Origin: Nemertoderma westbladi
Taxonomy: Eukaryota > Animalia > Xenacoelomorpha
Assembly: GCA_032718475.1 (NCBI GenBank)
Contig: JAUCBJ010002084.1
Coordinates: 14,909-78,908 of the forward strand
Direction of reading: 5' to 3'
DNA: 64,000 nt
The position numbers and the translations under genes were made by a program. The notes beneath the pieces were generated by a model. That model worked only from the letters and a program-made list of their open reading frames with translations. It had not been told where the DNA came from and searched no databases. Below are positions 27,699 through 39,000 of this stretch, piece after piece (within the stretch, counting starts at the first letter, position 1; each line of letters opens with the position of its first letter).

Positions 27699-29429
27699 AA
27701 GATCGGCATGCTGCATTGCAGCTGCATTTTTAAGAAAGCTGTGCCGGCTTATCGAGAAAAAAAAGAGTGTCCGCACACCGTTTATAAGGCTACTCGATCC
27801 CCTTCGTGTAGCTTCCATGATAGTTTTACGAGGCCCAATTAACGCCGATATACAGTTTATAAATATATATATAAAATGTTAAAAAATTTAAAATCAATTA
27901 TCAAATCAAACAATCAGATTTATAAGTAATAGTACAGTGTAGTAGTTGCTATACTACAGTACTACAACACTGTACGTACAGTACACTGCAGTAAAATGGC
28001 AGAATCCATCATCCACAGAACATACATAATCCATAAACATACAGACATAAATTACTGTTGGCAATTAACTATCCAATCACGGCTTAAAATAGTTATAATA
28101 CGTTTATTTATAAATCGCACAAACACTAAGATCGAACCCAAGAAGCAACCTACAACAACTTAACTGTAAAGTACCTTTTGGGCGGTATAGTAAAGTGTTG
28201 TTACCAGGAACCATAAAATTCTTTGAAATTTATGTCCTTTCCCTTTCTGAATTTCCTCGGAAATCACACGTCGGGGCATTCTCCTTGTATATCTTCCCAA
28301 AAGAATCAATATGACCGCTGATGAACTCATCAGTGACGTCATCATAATATATTTAGTGATTTTAAATGTCAAATTTATATTAATTTATTCTTCAATTGCA
28401 CGAACTACTTTATTGAAGGGAAAAAAATATTTAGTTATTTAAACAGTATATTATAACGAATTAAACATTAAATTTATATTCCCAAAATCATGGTTGTTAC
28501 ATATTTGCAAATATTATTTCATCTAAATTTAACAAGCATTGCAGTTCTAAGCATTATTTGTAAACAAACTCCTCCTCAATGCATTCGGTATTGTGATTGG
28601 TTGGCAAGAGCTCTTTCCAGTAATGATTTCGTAATAGTAGGAAATGGCTTTAGGCAGGCCACCCTAAACGCCACTACCATTATTATAAGAATCAGCCCAT
28701 GGACAGTCATTGCCTTTATCCCTGAAATCATGTGACGAAATCTTTTGCGTTACCGGTATCATCTGATTTCGGGAATATCATTGCATCATTAGGTCAATCA
28801 ATTCATTATTTAAAGTCAGAAAGTACCGTTACCGTCTGACCGTATTTTACTTTGTTGTAGGCATACCGCTGTACCGGTCTGCCGGTAATTAATTTTTGTT
28901 TTGTGCAGTTTTTATTCTACAGTTCTCCAAGGTGCGGTACCGGTAGTGGTACCGTAGTTGTTTTTAGGCCTACCGGTTTCCGGTTCTGCTGCTGTGCTGG
29001 GTGATCGTGATCGGCGTTAATAATAATAGGCCCTTCGGCAGTTAATAATTGACTGAATGGCAATAATATCGTAAATTCCGCTAAATTTCTTAGATTATGA
29101 CTCAGGGTTAGGGTTACATGACAGTTTTAATTATGGTCAGAGATCAGCAGATGGTTGAGGCCTGATAAACACTGAACGACCACTGAAACAGTGCGCTGCG
29201 CAATAAACTGATAAAGATTGACATATTACAGTATTAATTAAGACTAAGTAAGATATATTATATTATTCAGTTATTACCGGTACATTATATTATATTATTT
29301 GGCTGGAGACACCGCTGTCATAGAAGACGACTACCGCTACCGGTACATGCGGTACTGATATTCCAGTATTCTGATATTTGATACTGTCATATCGGATATA
29401 CTGATCAGATATTTGTTGTTGTCGTTGAG

Positions 29430-29482
29430 TCAGTCAGTCGTCGTAGTCCAGTACCGTAGTCGTAGATTCGAAGAGTACAGGA
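29430..29482 (+). promoter_or_regulatory. Putative transcription start and non-coding first exon of unkempt
   Basis: Initiator-like TCAGTC twice (29430, 29434) and a strong donor GTAAGT at 29483. A matching acceptor CACCTCGTAG ends at 29910, just upstream of the ATG at 29917. Confidence 0.4.
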
Positions 29483-29916
29483 GTAAGTTGTATTTTTTTT
29501 TGAAATCCCGGTACCGGTCAGCCGGTAGGCCTATATTATAACTGTATATTAAATAATAAATCTGTAAATAGCCGTCCGGGACTAACAGCGGACCTAACGC
29601 CTAACGGCCTCAAGTATGCTAGAGTGAAACAGGAGGGAAGTACAAATAAATAAATATTCAGCACGAGTATTGCTGCCAGGTGATATTAATTAAATAAATT
29701 TGTTTGCAACAGCTCATCTCCAATTTATTTAATTAATAATTAAAACAAATTATATTTTGGGATTTACCGGTAGTTTAGCAGCAGGCCTACCGACAGATCC
29801 GTAATATAACTCTGGCTAATACATACATGTATACTATAGGTACGGTATTATATTATATTATTATTATTACATTATATTGAATATAATTCTCACAACTCGT
29901 CACCTCGTAGTTGACA

Positions 29917-30005
29917 ATGGTACTGATGATGACGGAAATGAGAGAGACTTCACTGAATTCGGATACTCAGATTGTTTTATCGGATGAGAAATCATTCCAT
30001 TTATC
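29917..30005 (+). CDS. unk: unkempt coding exon 1 (MVLMMTEMRETSLNSDTQIVLSDEKSFHL)
   Basis: ATG at 29917 and donor GTGAGT at 30006. The phase 2 join gives EKSFHLSYLKEF, resembling the EK..H..YLKEF start of Unkempt. Which ATG is used is uncertain. Confidence 0.8.
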
Positions 30006-33000
30006 GTGAGTTATTATAATAATCCTAAACCTACTGCCCATTCCACTAACATTTTGTTTACATCTCGATATCTAAACTAAATTATTGTGGTACCGGTACC
30101 GTATGTCAGTATGTAGTGGCTGGGAGGTTATAGTGATCGGTAACTGACTGACTCAGTGACACATAGCCTTGTGCCCTGCCTACAACAACATAGCCTATCG
30201 ATTTATATTTAGAAAGTAGGGCTACCGCTAGCAGGCTAGTGTTTTTTTGTTTTGTTAATTAACTTAATTTCGGTTCTGACCCCCACGTTTAAAACTCAGC
30301 CGTGTGCCAATGCAGCCCTCATCGGTGCCGGCTACAGGTACTTAAAAGCGAAATTGTAAATTATTCTGTACCGGTACCTTACCTAGTATAGGCCTATACA
30401 AGTGCTGAGTGTTTCTTTACATATTTATATTAAATTAAAGGTATTTGAAAGAGTTTCGTACAGAGCAATGCCAGTTGTTCCTTCAGCACAAATGCGTCCA
30501 CCACCGACCCTACACTTGTTTCTATTGGCACTTCCAGAACCAAAGGCGACGCAGACCTGTTCGCCTTAAAGACGGATCCTATTCCTATAGTTCCGAGATT
30601 TATTGCACACAATACGATGAGAACACGGGAAACTGTTCCCATGGAGAAAGGTACACTATCTCCAGATATTATTATAGTTTAAATATGAATATTACTACCG
30701 GTATCGATATTAATAATGATTAAATGTTCCACATTGCCTCTACTTTATCACTCTATTTTCTCTCGCACTCTACCAGCGCACATCTATACTTCCTATATCC
30801 CCCCTATACCTTCCCTCTATATACTTTCCCATTCCTCTCTACTTCCTCTACTTTCTCCCATCTATAAATCCCCCTTTATCTACTTTCGTTCTACTGCCTC
30901 TATAGTCTATACTTTATTACCCCACACTTCCAGCTGTACTTTCCCTGTATATTTTCCCTGCATACTTTCCCTCCACTTTCCCTATACTTTCTCCCCTCTG
31001 TACTTTCCCTACAAGCTTTCCTTCCACTTTATCTGTTCTGTACTTTCCCTACATGCTTTCCTTCCACTTTATCTGTTCTGTACTTTCCCTACATGCTTTC
31101 CTTTCGATGTATGTACTTTCCCTCCTTCACTTTCAGCTGAACTTTCCCCTCTACTTTTCCCCCCTTTACTTGCAGCTGTACTTTCGCTACGTTTCTCCTC
31201 TTTACTTCCAGATCTACTTTTCCTCCCTTTACTTCCAGTTGTACTTTCCCTCGCTCTACTTTTCCTCCCTTTACTCCCAGCTGTATTTTACCTCTACGTT
31301 TTCCCCTTTACTCCTAGCTGTACTTGGCCTCCAACTCCCCTCTACTTTTCCCCCCTTTACTTCCAACTGTACTTTCCCTCTACTTCCCCCCTTTACTTCC
31401 AGCTGTACTTTCCTCCCCATTTACTTCCAGCTGTACTTTCCCTCTACTTTCCCTCCCCCTTTACTTCCAGCTGTACTTTCCCTCCACCTTCCCTCTACTT
31501 TTCCCCTTGACTTCCAGCTGTACTTTCCCCCTACTTTCCACCCCCCCCCCCCCCCCTTTACTTCCAGCTGTACTTTCCCCCTACTTCCCCCCCCCCCCCC
31601 CCCCTTTACTTCCAGCTGTACTTTCCTCCATCGCAATGCCGGTGACACTGAACGCCGTTACCACACTCGGTTCTACAAGACAGCCGCTTGCGTTCACGAG
31701 ACGGATTCCAGTGGCTTCTGCATCAAGAACGGCCCCCATTGCGCCTTCTCTCACGGCCCCGAGGACACGAGGGTTTCCCGCCTGGACCCAAAGGCCGTGT
31801 CTATAATGCCCAAGGAAGGTCTACAGAGCGCCATAGTAACGGACAAGGGGAGCGCACTTAACGAGGATCCGAGATGGAGAGGTAAGTTATGGATAATAAC
31901 GAATATCCCGATATGGAAGGGTAAGTTATGGATAATGACGAATATCCCGATATGGAAGGGTAAGTTATGGATAATGACAAATATCCCGATATGGAAGGGT
32001 AAGTTATGGATAATGATGAATATCCGAATTAATGTTCTTGATGTCATGGGGGTCTACAATTTTGCAACAAGTTTGGAAGGAGGGGGTGGGGTGGTCAAAG
32101 TTGGCTTAAAATTATGTGTTATGTGACATCATTGTTAATATCGTATGGGGGAGGGGTTAAAAATTATGGTGTGGCACTGATCCTACCAGCACTTAACTTT
32201 ACGTGTACATTTTTATTTCATTCCAGAATTAAGCTTTGTACTCGCATATTATAAGACAGAGCCGTGTCGCAGACCCCCCAGATTGTGTCGTCAAGGCTAC
32301 GCTTGTCCCTGTTACCATAACACCAAAGATAGGAGACGCAATGCCAAGCAACACAAGTATAGGTTAGTGCGATTACTTAGCATTCAGAGACGTTGGCCTT
32401 TTATCTTCGTATTCGTTTGGAGTGCAAATAGGCACGCAAATAATTAAATTACTCATTAAAATGGTTAAAACAGTTGCTCTATAATTATTGGCAATAACAG
32501 TTGTTAGTTATTGTTGCAGTTTAACATGATACAAATTGTAATTCCAAATACACTAATTTACAGGAACTCACAAGAAAACGAATCATATTGAATTTCTCAA
32601 GTTTAAGTAAAGCAAAGGATATATTGGTTGAACTTTCCCCTACCTAAAGTACACGGACACGCTATTTTTTTTAAATTTAATTATCATAAACTATCTGTAT
32701 GGATATCCGAAATTACAGGACTTTATTAGCTCCGACTTTATTTATAACTGTTTATGGATCTGGGCGGAGTATATTTTCATCCAAACCGAAACAGGAGAAT
32801 TTTCTAGAATATTATAAAGTGAACCTTAACAAATTATTATAATATATCGATGCATTAGTTCATATACTCTTCCATCTTACAATATCTAATATCTATATAA
32901 TTACTTTATTTTTTAAGTCGGCTTGAAATACGCATTAGCCCTATACTGCATGACTTTTTGTTTCAAGGATAAAAAATATTTGTATCCTGATTTTAAAAGC

Positions 33001-36000
33001 ATTATGTACACTAAGTTTGATTCAAAAATAATTTTTCGAAAATATTAACTAGTTCAAAAGATACAGGGATGTCGTTCTAGAACAACACCATGCGCTCGGA
33101 GGACTCATCGTTAACTATTGTTGGCAATACAATATTCAACTCTACCGGTTTTTCTGCCTCGGCATACTTTTGCTTGGGGTTCTGGGGCAATGATTATGTA
33201 TTATCCGGTTTAAATAGTTGAAAATTTCGACCTGTACCTGTATGAAGTGCACTGCACCAATACGAAGTGCACTGCACCAGTATGATATGCACTTCATCAG
33301 TATGAAGTGCACTGGAACAGTGTATAGTGCATTATCCCGGTAAGAGGTGCACTAATTTGCCAGTGCACTGCAACAGTATGAAGTGCAATGCACCAGTATG
33401 AAGTGCACTGCACCAGTATTAAGTGCACTAATTCAACTGTGCACTGCACCAGTATGAAGTGCACTGCACCAATGTGTAGTGCACTACCCCGGTACGAAGT
33501 GCACTAATTCGCCAGTGCACTGCAACAGTATGAAGTGCAATGCACCAGTACAAAGTGTACTGCACCAACCAGTGCGAAGTACACTGCACCAGCACGAAGT
33601 GTAAAGCACCAGCATAAAGTGTACTGCACTGGATCAAAACGCACCGCACCAGTGCTAAGTGCACTACCCCGTTACGAAGTGCACTAATTCAAAAGTTCAC
33701 TGCGCCAGTATAAAGTGCACTGCACCAGAACGAAGTGCACTGCACCAGTGCGACGTGCACTACCCAGGTACAAAGTGCACTCATTCACCGGTGCAATGTG
33801 CACTTCACCAGTATAAAGTGCACTGCACCGGATCAATGTGTACTGCATCCAGTATGAAGTATACTGCACTGGATCAAAGCACACCGCACCAGTGCGAAGT
33901 ACACTACACCGGTACAAAGTGCACTAATTCACCAGTGCGAAGTGCACTACACCGGAACGAAGTGCACTAATTCACCGGTGCAATGCGCACTCTACCAGTA
34001 TAAAGTGCACTGCACTGTATCAATGTGCACTACACCACAATGCAACTGCACTGAAATGCACTGCACCGGAAGGAAATGCACGAATTCACCAGTACGAAGT
34101 GCACTGCACCAGTGGGAACCCCGTTACGAAGTGCAGTAATTCACCATCGCTACTAGACCCTGACGAAAAACCTTCAAAATCATCACCACTCGAACAATCG
34201 TCATCACTGGAATCACCCCGAGGAATAAGAACAGCGTAGTCAGTTCACTCCCTACTGATTGTTCCATCACGGGACACTCTTATTCTATTAAACTCAAAAA
34301 GAGTTCAACATCATCCATTCTTATAAGGATAATTATAATGTAAATAGCAAATAGATTGTATGATGTTATGCTTCAACAACAAGACAAGTACCTATTTATA
34401 GCCATGTGTCTACTCTGCACGATTATAATAAAATGTTATACTCAATATTGTCTGCCATTGTCTACAATTTCGAAGGACCAGTACCTATATTTTTTGAAAT
34501 ACTGGGCAAATCAGTAATGTTGTTTGATAACCACGTTCATAATGTTGTTGTAGGACAACCTCATGAAAATTGTATTATTGTGAGGTCCCACCTTACTTTA
34601 AAATAATGGAACTTGTTTTAAACAATACTCTATATAATTAGCCAATAGCCTGATTTTATTCAACGCCCACATAATCTATATTAGGATGGTTGGTTACCAA
34701 AGATGTTGTTGTATAGATCGGTCCATCATTTCGTAACCTCAGTAATTGGAAGGCTTTAGATAGGTAAGATACTATCCTACATTTCATTGGATGGTTCTAC
34801 CGTGTAGAATATCCAATCAGCTTTCGAATGAGGTATTACAGATTATCTATTAATCAAAATATCAAATGTGTAGAGGCCTTTATAGCAATGTTGTTCCTGA
34901 ACAACACTATGCAGTAAAGGGTTAAACGATTATAATAATTAATAAAACTTCGAAACTTGAAAATAAAACGACATAGTCTATTTAAATAAAGTACCTGTAT
35001 TTCACTTTCAGACTCTCGTTTCATATTTCACTCACTCGCTTAGCTCGTTCGTGGAAATATTCCCACTCGAGTCTGTGTAAAATACAGTGCTACTTTATTT
35101 AAATACTATAGCATTATATTGTTAAAAATAAAATATTGTAGCAATATTTAATAATTATATGACATCTATGAAATCCTTTAAATTATTTACACGCGTTGCT
35201 ATATCGTTATTTCTGCCGTCATTGTTATACTTTTGTTATGCCACACCAACATGAACCAATTGGTTACAGGTCGTCCCCGTGTCCCAACGTTAAACAGGGC
35301 GATGAGTGGCGGGACCCGGCCCTGTGCGATTCCGCTGATGGCTGTCAGTACTGCCACACCCGAACGGAACAACAATTCCATCCCGAGATTTACAAGAGCT
35401 CCAACTGTAAGGATATGGAGCACAATGGTTTCTGTCCGAGGGGTCCATTCTGTGCGTTCGCACACAAAGATAGTGAGTCATCTGTCTGTGTTGTATGTCG
35501 CAGTTTATATTACGTTAACATTATACACATTCTCAGTTTTTTTTACATAATAATAATATATATAATAAAGGTTTTTTTTATATATTTGTTGTTACTGGCG
35601 CTATTAGGAAGCTGTTAGGTTCTTATCAGAACGCCAGCATCTAACCGCACACCTAACATAATTAACCGCGTGAGTTCTGAGTTAGAGAAACATTTAAACG
35701 AATTGTCAATTGAGACCTAAGCACTGCGGGTTACCTCACGTTGCTGAACCTCACTTATTAAATAACTCATCAATACACTTTTTTGCGAGACAAGCTATTT
35801 TAAAATCAACACGTTTCTCTATTGGCAGCCAGTAGTGTAGCGATTTCAATAATCTATGTGTGTACACATAACACCACCAGCTTATGATATCGGGAACTAT
35901 AATTGTAGCTGTAGCTTGTAGCTGAATGTAACAGGGTGTTTCCCCCTACTATTATTATGTATAACTTCTATTACTTACAGAGGATGAGCTAGTGAATCGT

Positions 36001-39000
36001 GACCCTTCATCCTGGTGCGATCTCAGCCCCGGTACTGCAGCTCCACCTAGCGGTGCATCAATGAACCCACCAGTTAATGTACCAATGAATACCTCTTTAC
36101 CACAGGTTAGATTACTCTTATATTTTCTGTTAGGAATATTTATTTGTCGCAATATTTTACTTAATGTCAAAAGAAATATGTCATTTCATCTTCAGAACTT
36201 TATAGAGAACTTTATCAGAACTTCAGAAATTTATATGACAAACCGGAATTAATGTCATTTCTGATCTCTCAATGTTGCTCTACAGTGATCACTGAATTTC
36301 AGCTTTTATTTGCAACTATAACTAAAACTATAGAAACTACTGTTGTATTTGGGCCGAGTAAATTAAAATTATGGAGATTAGCTTTGAAGTCAGCTTCTTG
36401 GTCATGATTGTCTTACGGAATGTCCCATTATGTGGTTGGCTGATGGTCTTACGGAATGTCCCATTATGTGGTTGGCTGATGGTCTTACGGAATGTCCCAT
36501 TATGTGGTTGGCTGATGGTCTTACGGAATGTCCCATTATGTGGTTGGCTGATTGTCTTACGGAATGTCCCATTATGTGGTTGGCTGATGGTCTTACGGAA
36601 TGTCCCATTATGTGGTTGGCTGATGGTCTGACGGAATGTCCCATTATGTGGTTGGCTGATGGTCTAGCGGAATGTCCCATTATGTGGTTTGCTGATGGTC
36701 TTACAGAATGTCCCATTATGTGGTTGGCTGATGGTCTGCCGGAATGTCCCATTATGTGGTTGGCTGATGGTCTGGCGGAATGTCCCATTATGTGGTTGGC
36801 TGATGGTCTTACAGAATGTCCCATTATGTGGCTGGCTGATGGTCTGGCGGAATGTACCATTCATTATGTGGTTGGCTGATGGTCTGGCGGAATGTCCCAT
36901 TATGTGGTTGGCTGATGGTCTGACGGAATTTCCCATTATTATTATTATTATTATTATTCACGTACACCAGTTACCTGGGAACAAAGTATGCACTGTACTT
37001 ACATAGATACATGGTGTAGATAGAGCACAATTTGTACTAATGGTTGAACATAAACGGCAGTAAAAGAAGGAACACCAAACAAAAACACCAAAACCACAAA
37101 ATTAGACAGATGAAACGTAATCCAATATAGATTTCAGCTCAATATTTGAAAAATTATCTACAGAAGCAACATTGGAGATCGCATCAATTAATTCTCGTTG
37201 GGTTGGCTGATGGTCTTACAGAATGTCCCATTGTAGGGTTGGCTGATGGTCTTACGGAATGTCCCATTATGGGGTTTGCTGATGGTCTGGCGGAATGTCC
37301 CATTATGTGGTTGGCTGATGGTCTTACAGAATGTCCCATTATGTGGTTTGCTGATGGTCTGGCGGAATGTCCCATTATAGGGTTGGCTGATGGCCTGGCG
37401 GAATGTCCCATTATGGGGTTGGCTGATGGTCTTACAGAATGTCCCATTATGTGGTTTGCTGATGGTCTGGCGGAATGTCCCATTATGGGGTTGGCTGATG
37501 GTCTTACAGAATGTCCCATTATGGGGTTGGCTGATGGTTATACGGAATGTCCCATTATGTGGGTGGCTGATGGTCTAGCGGAATGTCCCATTATGTGGTT
37601 GGCTGATGGTCTGGCGGAATGTACCATTATGTGGTTGGCTGATGGTCTGGCGGAATGTCCCATTATGTGGTTGGCTGATGGGCTGACGGAATTTCCCATT
37701 ATGGGGTTGGCTGATGGTCTTACAGAATGTCCCATTGTAGGGTTGGCTGATGGTCTTACGGAATGTCCCATTATGGGGTTTGCTGATGGTCTGGCGGAAT
37801 GTCCCATTATGTGGTTGGCTGATGGTCTTACAGAATGTCCCATTATGTGGTTTGCTGATGGTCTGGCGGAATGTCCCATTATAGGGTTGGCTGATGGCCC
37901 GGCGGAATGTCCCATTATGGGGTTGGCTGATGGTCTTACAGAATGTCCCATTATGTGGTTTGCTGATGGTCTGGCGGAATGTCCCATTATGGGGTTGGCT
38001 GATGGTCTTACAGAATGTCCCATTATGGGGTTGGCTGATGGTTATACGGAATGTCCCATTATGTGGGTGGCTGATGGTCTAGCGGAATGTCCCATTATGT
38101 GGTTGGCTGATGGTCTTACAGAATGTCCCATTATGTGGTTGGCTGATGGTCTTACAGAATGTCCCATTATGTGGTTTGCTGATGGTCTGGCGGAATGTCC
38201 CATTATGGGGTTGGCTGATGGTCTTACAGAATGTCCCATTATGGGGTTGGCTGATGGTCTGTCGGAATGTCCCATTATGGGGTTGGCTGATGGTCTTACA
38301 GAATGTCCCATTATGGGGTTGGCTGATGGTCTTACGGAATATCTAATTTGTGGTTGGCTGATGGTCTTACGGAATGTCCCATTATAGGGTTGGCTGATGG
38401 TCTTACAGAATATCCCATTATGGGGTTGTCTGATGGTCTTACAGAATGTCCCATTATGGGGTTGGCTGATGGTCTTACGGAATATCTAATTTGTGGTTGG
38501 CTGATGATCTTACGGAATGTCCCATTATAGGGTTGGCTAATGGTCTTACGGAATGTCCCATTATGGGGTTTGCTGATGGTCTGGCGGAATGTCTCATTAT
38601 GGGGTTGGGGTCTTACGGAATGTCCCATTATGGGGTTGGCTGATGGTCTTACAGAATGTCACATTATAGGGTTGGCTGATGGTCTTACGGAATGTCCCAT
38701 TATGGGGTTTGCTGATGGTCTGGCGGAATGTCCCATTATGCGGTTGGCTGATGGTCTTACAGAATGTCCCATCATGTGGTTTGCTGATGGTCTGGCGGAA
38801 TGTCCCATTATGTGGTTGGCTGATGGTCTTACAGAATGTCCCATTATGTGGTTTGCTGTTGGTCTGGCGGAATGTCCCATTATGCGGTTGGCTGATGGTC
38901 TTACAGAATGTCCCATTATGTGGTTGGCTGATGGTCTGGCGGAATGTCCCATTATGTGGTTGGTTGATGGTCTGACGGAATTTCCCATTATGTGGTTGGC

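Noticed and set aside
27372-27882. Pro-rich or hydrophobic ORFs over the G-run repeat
   Set aside because: They derive from homopolymer runs and an (ACT)n microsatellite, with no recognisable domain.
29103-29116. Telomeric repeat (CAGGGTTAGGGTTA), also near 61765
   Set aside because: Only 2-3 units, too short to call an interstitial telomere.
30716-31615. 264-aa and 357-aa Pro/Leu/Phe-rich ORFs
   Set aside because: Pyrimidine-rich intron sequence lacks stops by composition; only 31616-31881 matches Unkempt.
33428-34139. Cys/His-rich ORFs suggesting a metal-binding protein
   Set aside because: They are a by-product of the TGCAC-based minisatellite on both strands.
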